Shown piece by piece: positions 29,766 to 39,700 of a stretch of 51,394 nucleotides of DNA. Every line of letters begins with the position of its first letter. Position 1 is the stretch's first letter. This DNA comes from Oscillospiraceae bacterium (GTDB lineage Bacteria > Bacillota > Clostridia > Oscillospirales > Ruminococcaceae). A program made the position numbers and the translations under genes. The stretch lies in assembly GCA_017399785.1 (NCBI GenBank), contig JAFQAX010000037.1, positions 1-51,394 of the forward strand, in the 5' to 3' direction. The notes below the pieces were generated by a model. That model did not search any database. It saw nothing but the letters and a program-made list of their open reading frames with translations, and was not told the DNA's origin.

Positions 29766-31094
29766 TTAATCGGTACTGCCGCCGCGCTCACGCACTACGA
29801 TTCTGACGGGGGTGCCATCCAGCTCAAACGACTCTCTTATCTGGTTCTCGATATAGCGCTGATAAGAGAAGTGGAAGAGATCCTTGCGGTTGACAAAGCA
29901 AACGAAGGTTGGCGGCTTGGTGGAAGCCTGAGTCATGTAGTATATCTTCAGGCGCTTGCCCTTGTCAGAAGGGGGCTGAACTCTTGCGGTGGCAGCTGCC
30001 AGCAGCTCGTTGAGGGCGCCGGTGGTGGCACGCATCGAGTTGTTCTTGGCAACCTTGTTTATCATCTCAAACAGCTTGTCGATTCTGAGTCCGGTCTTTG
30101 CCGAGATGAAAACATAATCGACATAGCTCATAAAGGAGAAATCGGTCTCCAGCTTTTTGCGGTATTCCTGCATGGTCTTGTCATCTTTTTCGATGGCGTC
30201 CCACTTGTTAACCGCAACGATGCAAGCCTTGCCCTGCTCGTGGGCGTATCCTGCTATCTTGGAATCCTGCTCGGTGAATCCCTCGACAGCGTCGATCATG
30301 ATAACGCAGACGTCGGCGCGGTCAACCGCCATGTAGGCGCGCAGCACCGAGTAATGCTCGATAGCGTCGGTCACCTTGTTCTTACGGCGGATGCCTGCGG
30401 TGTCAATGAACAGATACTTGCCGTGCTCGTTGTTTATCTCGGTATCGGTGGCGTCGCGGGTGGTGCCGGCGATATCGGATACGATGGCACGTTCCTCGCC
30501 CGAGATGCGGTTGATGATAGAGGATTTGCCTACGTTGGGCTTGCCGATGACGGCAACCGAAATGCGGTCCTCCTCGATGTTGTCAACCTTGTTGAAGTCG
30601 ATCTGATCACAAACTGCGTCGAGCAGGTCGCCGGTTCCGTGACCGTGCAGCGAAGAAACGGCGATGGGATCGCCCAGACCGAGGTTATAGAATTCATAGA
30701 ACTCGGGGGGCGGATCGCCGACCTTGTCGCACTTGTTTACGCAAAGCACGATGGGCTTATTGCTCTTGAGCAGCATGGTCGCAACCTCCTGATCGGTTGC
30801 GGTAACGCCGGTGCGCATATCGGTTACGAGGATGATGACCTCGGCGCTGTCGATGGCAAGCTGAGCCTGTCTTCTCATCTGCGAAAGGATGATATCATCC
30901 GAAAAAGGCTCGATACCGCCGGTGTCAACCAGCATGAATTCGCGGTCCAGCCACTCGCAGGGGGCGTAGATTCGGTCGCGGGTAACGCCGGGGGTATCCT
31001 CGACGATAGCCAGACGCTGACCGGTAAGTTTATTGAAAAGGGTGGATTTGCCGACATTGGGTCGTCCCACCACTGCTACTATCGGTTTTGCCAT
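29766..31094 (-). CDS. der: Ribosome biogenesis GTPase Der (EngA)
   Basis: Two G-domains (GRPNVGKS..DTGG and GKPNVGKS..DTAG) and a C-terminal KH-like domain. Confidence 0.97.
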   Translation of the reverse strand: MAKPIVAVVGRPNVGKSTLFNKLTGQRLAIVEDTPGVTRDRIYAPCEWLDREFMLVDTGGIEPFSDDIILSQMRRQAQLAIDSAEVIILVTDMRTGVTATDQEVATMLLKSNKPIVLCVNKCDKVGDPPPEFYEFYNLGLGDPIAVSSLHGHGTGDLLDAVCDQIDFNKVDNIEEDRISVAVIGKPNVGKSSIINRISGEERAIVSDIAGTTRDATDTEINNEHGKYLFIDTAGIRRKNKVTDAIEHYSVLRAYMAVDRADVCVIMIDAVEGFTEQDSKIAGYAHEQGKACIVAVNKWDAIEKDDKTMQEYRKKLETDFSFMSYVDYVFISAKTGLRIDKLFEMINKVAKNNSMRATTGALNELLAAATARVQPPSDKGKRLKIYYMTQASTKPPTFVCFVNRKDLFHFSYQRYIENQIRESFELDGTPVRIVVRERGGSTD

Positions 31095-31114
31095 TTGGTT
31101 TTAGACCTCCTTTT

Positions 31115-32428
31115 TCAGCGGTCGCTCCACTCCACCAGCGCCTCTGCCAATCCGGCGCCGTCAGAAGTGATTACTTTCACCGGAACTCCCAACGCCTTGG
31201 AAACGTCATCCGGTGTGGTGTCATCCAAGAATTTGTCCTGCTCTGCACGCAGCATGCAGGAAGGTATTATCAAAAGATCGCCCAAATTTTCGCGGTCTTT
31301 AAGTTCGGTTATAATGTCGCTGCCGGTAACAAGTCCGGTAACGGTTATCTTGCCGCCGAAAAATCTTGCGGGGATGCCGACTACCTCGACATCCAGCTCG
31401 GGGCAAAGTTCTTTTGCCAATTCGCACAGCTCGGTTATCGATTTGGCTGCGGCACGTCCGGTCGCAACGGTAATGCGGCGGGGGTGGTGATTGGGTTCGA
31501 GCAGCGGCAGCAGCGATTTAAATTCCATGGCGCTGCTGGCAATAAGTCCGACGCCGTTTTCAAGGTTGGCGAATTCGCCGTAATATTCCGGCTCGGGAAT
31601 TTCACGCTCAGCCAGCAGGAAGAATTCGTCGGAAGGATAGCCAACCCTCATGCCGCAGCGCTGATACCACTTGTCCGCCCACTTTTCAATGGTGTCGATG
31701 GTGCGGGCAGCCTCCTCCTTGGTGAAGGAGCGCAGCTCGGTCAGTCCCTCACGATAGGCGGTGAGTCCGACCGGCACACAGGCGATAGACTGCAGCGTCG
31801 GCACAAGCTTATCCAAATCAGCCAGCGTCTTTTCCAGTGCATCGCCGTCGTTATATCCGGGGCAAAGCACCAGCTGGGTATTGATCTTGATATTGCCTTC
31901 GCAAAGGCGGTAAAGCTTATCCAGCGCCTCGCCGGCAAAGCGGTTTCTCATCAGCGCAACACGCAGTTCGGGATCGGTGGTGTGGATAGAGATGTTGATG
32001 GGGCTTATGTGCATGCGCAGAATGCGCTCAACATCGTGGTCGCTTAGGTTGGTAAGGGTGATATAGTTGCCGAACAAGAAGGAGAGTCGGTCGTCGTCAT
32101 ATTTAAAATATATGCTCTCGCGCATGCCTGGAGGGTTCTGGTCGATAAAGCAGAAGATGCAGTTGTTGCGGCATCTGCGCTGCTTATCCATAAGATAGGT
32201 TTCAAACTCCAGACCGAGGTCGTCGTATTCGCCCTTTATAACGGGGACCGAAAAATCGACACCATCACGCCGGAGATGGAGGGTAAGCCTTTCGGACATC
32301 ATAAAGAAACGGTAATCGAGAACGTCGTTTATCTCTTCGTTATCGATGCGCAGCAAAATATCGCCCGCCATTATCTTGGCGCGCGAAGCCGCCGAGCCTT
32401 TATCGATGCCGGTTATCTTAACGGCCAT
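31115..32428 (-). CDS. PDZ + radical-SAM-like + DUF512 protein
   Basis: N-terminal PDZ-like segment, CRNNCIFC motif, RLSFLFGNYITLTN, LENGVG, FFGGKITVTGLVTGSDI. Confidence 0.9.
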   Translation of the reverse strand: MAVKITGIDKGSAASRAKIMAGDILLRIDNEEINDVLDYRFFMMSERLTLHLRRDGVDFSVPVIKGEYDDLGLEFETYLMDKQRRCRNNCIFCFIDQNPPGMRESIYFKYDDDRLSFLFGNYITLTNLSDHDVERILRMHISPINISIHTTDPELRVALMRNRFAGEALDKLYRLCEGNIKINTQLVLCPGYNDGDALEKTLADLDKLVPTLQSIACVPVGLTAYREGLTELRSFTKEEAARTIDTIEKWADKWYQRCGMRVGYPSDEFFLLAEREIPEPEYYGEFANLENGVGLIASSAMEFKSLLPLLEPNHHPRRITVATGRAAAKSITELCELAKELCPELDVEVVGIPARFFGGKITVTGLVTGSDIITELKDRENLGDLLIIPSCMLRAEQDKFLDDTTPDDVSKALGVPVKVITSDGAGLAEALVEWSDR

Positions 32429-32475
32429 GCTGTCACTCCTTCCCCTTACATTATATAGTATTATCGTCGGCATAC

Positions 32476-32518
32476 AAAAAATAGAGGCGGAAAATAATTT
32501 TCCCCCTCTATCTTTTTT
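32476..32518 (-). terminator. Terminator after rpmF
   Basis: Stem ATAGAGG.GGAAAA/TTTTCC.CCTCTAT with A/T tails. Confidence 0.7.
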
Positions 32519-32549
32519 GCTATTTGTTGCAGAGCCTAAGATTTAAGGA

Positions 32550-32732
32550 TTACTCCTCAACCTTGATAACTTCTCTGCCCTTGTAATATCCGCAGACAGG
32601 GCACACTCTGTGGGGCATTTTCAGTTCGCCGCACTGGGTGCACTTGGAAAGAGAGGGAGCCTCAAGTTTCCAAACGCTGGAACGTCTTTTATCTCTGCGA
32701 GCTTTAGATACTTTTTTCTTCGGAACAGCCAT
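32550..32732 (-). CDS. rpmF: 50S ribosomal protein L32
   Basis: MAVPKKKVSKARRDKRR, CTQC..HRVCPVCGYYKG. Confidence 0.97.
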   Translation of the reverse strand: MAVPKKKVSKARRDKRRSSVWKLEAPSLSKCTQCGELKMPHRVCPVCGYYKGREVIKVEE

Positions 32733-32747
32733 CGTTACAGCACCTCC

Positions 32748-33248
32748 TTAGCCTTTCAGCAGGTTTTTCAATACAGCCATGCGGGGATCACCGTCATCCG
32801 GCTTACAGCCGCAGCTTTCTTTGTTGAGATCTGCTCCGCACATGGGGCAAAGGCCCTTGCAATCCTCTTTACAGAGCATCACCTGTGGAAGCGAAAGCTG
32901 AATGTCGGCGCCCGCGATCTCATCGAGCGTCAGCACCCCATCCGGGGCAGTGAGATAAGCATCGTCGAGCGTCTCATCTTCAAGGCTTTGAACAACGATG
33001 TGCTCAAAGGTGTTGTCGATTTCCCGCTCGGACTGCATCAGGCAGCGATCGCATCTGAAAGGAAGCTTGCCGCTGATTTGGTAGCGCAGTGTAACGATAC
33101 CGGCACGGTTTGCTATCTGTCCACTGACCGCCAGTGCATCAGGAAACAGCTGCTCGCCCTGCCTTGTGATCCACGAAAGATCCAGCTCACCCGCAAAATC
33201 CTTTGACAGGCCGACGATTTCAAAAATCTCTTTTACCGAAATTTTCAT
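32748..33248 (-). CDS. yceD: YceD/DUF177 protein (23S rRNA accumulation)
   Basis: CDRCL and LCKEDCKGLCPMCGADLN..CGC..DPRMAVL motifs; upstream of rpmF. Confidence 0.9.
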   Translation of the reverse strand: MKISVKEIFEIVGLSKDFAGELDLSWITRQGEQLFPDALAVSGQIANRAGIVTLRYQISGKLPFRCDRCLMQSEREIDNTFEHIVVQSLEDETLDDAYLTAPDGVLTLDEIAGADIQLSLPQVMLCKEDCKGLCPMCGADLNKESCGCKPDDGDPRMAVLKNLLKG

Positions 33249-33318
33249 AACCCTTACCTCATCGTCAGCACCCGTTAAAGGGCGCAAAATTAGAACGCAA
33301 CGCGGGCGTTACTCGATT

Positions 33319-33347
33319 ATTATAATAACAGATAATTTGTTTGTCAA
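33319..33347 (-). promoter_or_regulatory. Consensus sigma-A promoter of yceD-rpmF
   Basis: Perfect TTGACA-N17-TATAAT. Confidence 0.85.
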
Positions 33348-33406
33348 TAATTTTTGCGCCGAAAAATCTCTTTCCGGCGCAAAAAATCAATGTTTTTTAA
33401 GTTTAG

Positions 33407-33817
33407 TTATGCGATGTAAGCCTTGAGCTCTTCGGGAAGTCCCTCTGCATCGGCAGAAACGCTGAAGATGATGGTAACGCCGTTGTTAGCGGTAAGCTTT
33501 TCAAGCTTCTTGATCATCTCAAGCAGTTTGTCGTTATCGGTGCCGCAGATCTTATAGGTAGCGTCGCAGAAGATCTCGGTAATATCATAGTTGCCTGCCA
33601 TCAGACCGCAAAGGAATCCAAAGTAAGCATCATGACCGGAAATTCCGTACTGGTCAACGTCAACCAGGCGGATCTGGTAGTTGAGGTCATAGGTCAACTG
33701 GATGCCCTTTTCGACGCATACGACATTGCCCTTGGAAGTCTTGAGGGCATCGTTTGCCATATTTATCATAGTCTTGGTTTTGCCGGAACCTTTGAGTCCA
33801 ACGATAAGCTTTATCAT
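33407..33817 (-). CDS. Conserved small clostridial P-loop protein, function unknown
   Basis: 136 aa with Walker-A-like GLKGSGKT at the N-terminus, GFLCGLMAGNYDI motif and strong RBS. Confidence 0.85.
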   Translation of the reverse strand: MIKLIVGLKGSGKTKTMINMANDALKTSKGNVVCVEKGIQLTYDLNYQIRLVDVDQYGISGHDAYFGFLCGLMAGNYDITEIFCDATYKICGTDNDKLLEMIKKLEKLTANNGVTIIFSVSADAEGLPEELKAYIA

Positions 33818-33939
33818 GATATATTCCTCCCTGATTTGGATTACCCTTAAGGGTGAACTCCTTGTTTTATAATAAAAGCCGTCTGTGCGTAAATTACGCC
33901 GCGGGGACTGCAGCCCGACGACAGCTGTTATTTAAGACT

Positions 33940-33968
33940 ATTCTACACGAAACAGAAAGGTTTTTCAA
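33940..33968 (-). promoter_or_regulatory. Sigma-A promoter of the small P-loop gene
   Basis: TTGAAA-N17-TAGAAT. Confidence 0.55.
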
Positions 33969-34009
33969 CCGAAATTTTCCGCACTTTATGAACATTTTGA
34001 AATATTTTT

Positions 34010-35185
34010 TTATTTAAGCCGTACAAGCTCTTTAAAAGTCATATCCAGCGCTGCTTTAAAGGTCATTTCGGCTATATCGCAGGCCGCCGCAAGGTCATAT
34101 TCGCACGCCACGATGCCGTCTGCCATCACCCTTATCCTTCCCACCTTTTGCCCCGCCGAAACGGGCGCCTGCAGCTCGGTCTCAACTTCCACCTGCTGGG
34201 TCAGCTTTTTGCCCGCTCCCTTTTCCAGCAGCATCTTCTCCGGCGCAAGGCTTATCACTTCCGCCTGCCGCTTTACGCCTCCCCTTACCGCGATCGGCTC
34301 GATAGGCTGTTCGGGTGGGGGTACATCCGCCATCTCAAAGTTGGCAAAGCCGTATTCCAGCAGCTGCCGTGCTCCGTTGAATCGGTCGTCGCTGCTTTTT
34401 GCTCCCAGCACCACCGCCACCAGTGACAGTCCGTTTCGCTCGGCCGATGCGCAAAGACAGTGCCCCGCCCCGTCGGTGGTGCCGGTTTTAAGTCCCGTTG
34501 CCCCCTGAAAAAATCTTATCAGGCGGTTGGTGTTGACCAGCTGGGTCTCGCCGTTTCTAAGCGAATCCATCCAAATGGTGGTGTATTCCTTTATCTTTGG
34601 GTGCTTCAACAGCTCGGCGCCCATCGTCGCAATATCACGGGCTGTGGTCAGATGTCCCGCCGCGTCCAGTCCAGTGGCGTTGAAAAATTGGGTGTTGGTC
34701 ATGCCCAGTTCGCCCGCCCGCTGATTCATCAGCGCGACAAACGCCTCTTCACTTCCCGCTATCTGCTCGCCCAACGCGACCGAAGCGTCGTTTGCGCTGG
34801 CAACGGCGGCGGCTTTTAAAAGTTCATGCACCGTCATCTGTTCCCCCGGCTCAAACCATATCTGCGACCCGCCCATTGAGGAGGCGTGCGGCGAGCAGGT
34901 GACGGTATCGTCTAAACTCAGTTTGCCCGAATCGAGCGCCTCCATAACAAGCAGCAGCGTCATTATTTTTGTGACGGAAGCCGGCGGCAGCTTTTGGTCG
35001 GCATCCTTTTCATAAAGTACCTTGCCGCTCTGCTGTTCGATAAGTATCGCCGATTTTGCGGGGATGCCCGCATCCACCATTATCGCAGCGGGAGCTGCCT
35101 CGTCGGCGGCGGCAAAAACGCAGCAGTTAATCGCCGCCAGCACCGCCATCGCAAGCGACACAAACTTTTTGGTCAGCCTTTTCAA
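34010..35185 (-). CDS. D-alanyl-D-alanine carboxypeptidase (peptidase S11, DacF-like)
   Basis: Signal peptide, SxxK (PASVTKIMT), SxN (ASAND), KTG (GLKTG), and HASSMGGSQI typical of DacF. TTG start at 35185 is inferred. Confidence 0.9.
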   Translation of the reverse strand: MKRLTKKFVSLAMAVLAAINCCVFAAADEAAPAAIMVDAGIPAKSAILIEQQSGKVLYEKDADQKLPPASVTKIMTLLLVMEALDSGKLSLDDTVTCSPHASSMGGSQIWFEPGEQMTVHELLKAAAVASANDASVALGEQIAGSEEAFVALMNQRAGELGMTNTQFFNATGLDAAGHLTTARDIATMGAELLKHPKIKEYTTIWMDSLRNGETQLVNTNRLIRFFQGATGLKTGTTDGAGHCLCASAERNGLSLVAVVLGAKSSDDRFNGARQLLEYGFANFEMADVPPPEQPIEPIAVRGGVKRQAEVISLAPEKMLLEKGAGKKLTQQVEVETELQAPVSAGQKVGRIRVMADGIVACEYDLAAACDIAEMTFKAALDMTFKELVRLK

Positions 35186-35287
35186 ATCAACGCACCTGCT
35201 TTCCTTTAATATCATCCGCTTTATTATATGAGCGGTTTTACCGATGCTATGTCTTTGATCTTTTGCCACTTTATCCCGGTTTGTTCC

Positions 35288-35316
35288 TTGCCTTTTGGAT
35301 TTGTATTATATATAAT
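35288..35316 (+). promoter_or_regulatory. Sigma-A promoter of mtaB
   Basis: TTGCCT-N17-TATAAT. Confidence 0.65.
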
Positions 35317-35353
35317 ATATGTTGAAGAAATTTTTGATTGTCGGGAGTTTTAA

Positions 35354-36631
35354 ATGAAAGCCAGATTTGTATCGCTTGGCTGCAAGGTCAATCAATATGA
35401 AACGCAGGCGCTGTCTTCGCTGTTTTGCCAAAACGGCTATCAGCTTACCGATGGCAGCGACGCCGATGTCGCCATAATAAACTCCTGCACCGTAACCTCG
35501 CTTGCCGACCGAAAAACCCGCCAGGTCGTCAGAAGGCTGCGCCGTGAGATGCCAAACTGTGTCATCGCCCTCACCGGATGTATGCCGCAAAGCTCTCCCG
35601 ATGCTGCCGCCGAACTGACCGAAGCCGACATAATAACCGGCACCACCGACCGCCTCGGTATTTTGGAACTGGTAAACGAACAGCTTAAAACAAAACAGCG
35701 CAATTTTGCTGTCACCCCCTTTTCGGGGAAAGAAGTTTTTGAGCCGATCTCGGCCGACCGCTTCTCCGACAGCTTTCAGCGCGCTTATCTTAAAATAGAG
35801 GACGGCTGCGACCGCTTCTGCTCCTACTGCGTTATCCCCTACGCCAGAGGAAAGGTGCGTTCCCGCAGTCTTTTCGGCATTTCTTCGGAAGTTGAAAAGC
35901 TGGTAAAAGCCGGCTACCGTGAGATAGTGCTCACCGGCATAAACATCTCCCGCTACGGCTCGGATATCGGGCTCACCCTTAAAGATGCCGTTGCCGCCGC
36001 TGCCGCAGTTGAGGGCGATTTCAGGTTGCGCTTCGGCTCAGTCGAACCCGACCTTCTCACCGACGAGGACTGGCTTGCCCTTTCCAAAACGGACAAGCTT
36101 TGTCCCCATTTTCACCTGCCTGTTCAGTCGGGCTGCGACAACACCCTTGCGGCGATGAACCGCCGCTATAACATGACGCAGTTTTTCGAAACTGTCGCAA
36201 AGATACGCGCACTTTTTGACAACCCCTCGATAACCGCCGACATCATTGTCGGATTCCCCGGCGAAAGCGATGAGGATTTTGAAGAGACCTGCCGCAACAT
36301 CCAAAAGCTTGGTCTGCTGCGCGCCCACATCTTTGAATATTCCCCCCGCAGCGGCACTCCCGCCGCCGAGCGCAAGGACCAGATAGACCCGCAGCTCAAA
36401 AAACTGCGCTCCACCCGTCTGGAGGACATCTGCCGCAAATCCGCCGAACAATTTGCCGCCGGACAAGTCGGCAAAAAGGCAAAGCTGCTGCTGGAAGCTA
36501 CCGGCGGCGGCTATACCGAAAACTATCTCTATGTCACCGTCGGGGACAAAAAGGGTCATCAGCCGGGCGAGATAGTGGAGGTGCTGCTCACCCGCTCTGA
36601 GGGCGCGGTCTGCATCGGCGAGATAATATAA
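35354..36631 (+). CDS. mtaB: tRNA t6A37 methylthiotransferase (radical SAM)
   Basis: SLGCKVNQYE, NSCTVT, TGC, RAYLKIEDGCDRFCSYCVIPYARG, IIVGFPGE. Confidence 0.92.
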   Translation: MKARFVSLGCKVNQYETQALSSLFCQNGYQLTDGSDADVAIINSCTVTSLADRKTRQVVRRLRREMPNCVIALTGCMPQSSPDAAAELTEADIITGTTDRLGILELVNEQLKTKQRNFAVTPFSGKEVFEPISADRFSDSFQRAYLKIEDGCDRFCSYCVIPYARGKVRSRSLFGISSEVEKLVKAGYREIVLTGINISRYGSDIGLTLKDAVAAAAAVEGDFRLRFGSVEPDLLTDEDWLALSKTDKLCPHFHLPVQSGCDNTLAAMNRRYNMTQFFETVAKIRALFDNPSITADIIVGFPGESDEDFEETCRNIQKLGLLRAHIFEYSPRSGTPAAERKDQIDPQLKKLRSTRLEDICRKSAEQFAAGQVGKKAKLLLEATGGGYTENYLYVTVGDKKGHQPGEIVEVLLTRSEGAVCIGEII

Positions 36632-36736
36632 TGTATATTCTGAGGCGGACGCCTCTTAGATAAACCCGTTATTTCACCGCGCACGGCGGCTTTCTGCCGC
36701 TGGGCGCACGGTCAATGATAAAGGAGAGAGAAGTAT

Positions 36737-39700
36737 ATGGCAGTATTTCGCGTATTCATCGAGAAGAAGCAGCCCTATGCGGTAGAAGCTCAGGGCGTGC
36801 TTTCCGACCTCCGTTCGGCGCTTTCGCTGGAGGGCCTTGAGAACGTCCGAGTTCTCAACCGCTACGACGCCGAGCACATTTCGGCAGAGGATTTTGCCGC
36901 AGCCAGAATGACAGTATTCGGCGAGCCGCAGGTCGATGTCGCTTATGACGAGGTTCCCGCAACCGAAGGCAGAGTTTTCGCCATCGAGTATCTGCCCGGT
37001 CAGTATGACCAGCGTGCCGATTCGGCTGCACAGTGCATCCAGCTTCAGACCCAGAAAGAGCGCCCCCTCATCCGCTGCGCAAGAGTTTACATACTGGAAG
37101 GCAGCATCACCGATGAGCAGTTCGCCGCTGTAAAGAGCTATCTCATCAACCCCGTTGAGAGCATGGAAGCTACTCTCGACACCTTTGATACCCTTGAGGC
37201 TACCTATCCCGCTCCCGCCGATGTTGTTACCATCGAAGGCTTTACCTCGATGACCGATGAGCAGCTTGCCGCAATGGTAAACGAATACGGTCTTGCAATG
37301 GAAGCCGATGACCTCGAATGCTGCCGCGAATATTTCCGCAGCGAGCAGCGCGATCCCACCTTTACCGAGCTCAAGCTCATCGACACCTATTGGTCGGATC
37401 ACTGCCGCCACACCACCTTCTCCACCATCCTCGACAATGTTGAGTTTGAATCCGAAACCATTAAATCCTCCTACGAGCGCTATCTTGAGCTGCGCGTAAA
37501 GCTCGGCCGTCAGGATCGCCCCGTTACCCTTATGGATCTTGCCACCATCGGCGCAAAGGCGCTGAAAAAGGCAGGACTCATGCCCGCAATCGACGAGTCG
37601 GAAGAGATAAATGCCTGCTCGGTAAAGATCAAGGTAGACGTTGACGGCGAAGATCAGGATTGGCTGCTCATGTTCAAGAATGAGACCCACAACCATCCCA
37701 CCGAGATCGAGCCTTTCGGCGGTGCAGCGACCTGCCTCGGCGGCGCAATCCGCGATCCGCTTTCGGGCAGAAGCTATGTTTATCAGGCAATGCGCGTTAC
37801 CGGCGCAGCCAACCCCCTGACTCCCATCTCCGAGACTATGGAAGGCAAACTGCCCCAGCGCAAGATAGTTTCCCAGGCTGCCGCAGGCTATTCCTCCTAC
37901 GGCAACCAGATCGGTCTTGCCACCGGTCACGTTAACGAGATATATCACCCCGGCTATGTTGCAAAACGCATGGAAGTCGGCGCTGTAATCGCTGCCGCTC
38001 CCGCTGAAAACGTAGTTCGTGAGCGCCCCGCCCCCGGCGATGTTGTTGTGCTGCTGGGCGGCAAGACCGGCCGTGACGGCTGCGGCGGTGCGACCGGTTC
38101 TTCCAAGGCTCATTCGCTCGAAAGCCTTACCTCCTGCGGTGCCGAAGTTCAGAAGGGCAACGCCCCCGAAGAAAGAAAGCTTCAGCGTCTGTTCCGCACC
38201 CCCGAGGCTGCCAAGATGATCAAGCGCTGCAACGACTTTGGCGCAGGCGGCGTATCTGTTGCTATCGGCGAGCTGGCTGACAGCCTTGATATCAATCTCG
38301 ACCTCGTTCCCAAGAAGTATGAAGGCCTCGACGGCACCGAGCTTGCGATAAGCGAATCTCAGGAGAGAATGGCTGTTGTACTCGATCCCAAAAACGTCGA
38401 GCGCTTCCTTGAAATTGCCGCAACCGAAAACCTCAGCGGCATCGTTGTCGCAAAGGTTACCGACACCGGCCGCATGACCATGAACTGGCGCGGCAAAAAG
38501 ATAGTTGACCTCTCCCGCGACTTCCTCAACACCAACGGCGCAGAGAAGCACATCTCTGCCAAGGTTGCCGCCCCCGAAGCTGAGGCTGCTACCCTTGAAT
38601 ACCTGCCCTTTGACAAGCGTTTTGAAAAGCTGCTGGGCGATCTCAACGTCTGCTCGCAGAAGGGCCTTATCGAGCGCTTTGACTCCTCCATCGGTGCTGC
38701 CACCGTCCTCTCTCCTTTCGGCGGCAAGTATCAGGAGACTCCCGCTCAGGCAATGGCTGCCAAGATCCCCGTTCGCCACGGCGACACCGATACCGCTTCG
38801 CTGATGGCTTACGCCTTCGATCCCTTTATCTCCTCCCGTGACCAGTATGCCGGCGCGATGACCGCCGTTTGCGAATCTGTTGCCAAGGTAATCGCCGCAG
38901 GCGGCAGCCGCAAGAACTGCTGGCTCTCCTTCCAGGAATATTTTGAAAAGCTCCGCCGTGAGGATACCCGCTGGGGCAAGCCGCTGGCTGCTCTGCTCGG
39001 CGCGCTGGATGCGCAGATGGCACTTGAGTGCGGCGCTATCGGCGGCAAGGATTCCATGTCCGGCAGCTTTGAGGACATCGACGTTCCTCCCACCCTCATC
39101 TCCTTTGCCGTTTCCACCGCCAAGGCTTCCAAGGTGGTTTCCCCCGAATTTAAGAAGGCAGGCTCGGTGATCGGTCTGTTGCTGCCCGCAGTTGACCAGA
39201 ACGGTTATCTCGACCTCAACTCTGTCCGCACCAACATCGACAAGCTTGAATCGCTCATCGCTGACGGCAAGATCAACGCAGCATGGGTTTGCTCGATGGG
39301 CGGCATCGCCGAGGGTATCTTTAAGATGGCACTGGGCAACCGCATCGGCGCAAAGCTGACCGGCGATTACGCCGACGAATTCTGGTTCCAGCGTCTTGGC
39401 TGCGCCATCATCGTTGAAGCTGACCAGCTTCCCGAGGGCGCTGCAAGAATCGGTGAAACTGTTGATACCTTCACCGTTACCCGCGGCGATGTAACCGTCG
39501 ACCTCGCAAGTGTATTCGACATCTACGCCGACAAGCTCGCTTCGGTATATCCCTATCGCCTGCCCACCCCCAAGATGGAAGTTCCCACCTTTACTGCTCC
39601 CAAGGCGACCAAGTGGGCATCCGCTTCGGTCAAGCTGGCAAGACCCAAGGTCCTGCTTCCCATCTTCGCAGGCACCAACTGCGAATTTGATACCGCCCGT

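Noticed and set aside
33351-33386. Inverted repeat after the small P-loop gene as an intrinsic terminator
   Set aside because: The T-runs precede the stem on both strands and an A-run follows it, so the polarity is wrong. Function unclear.
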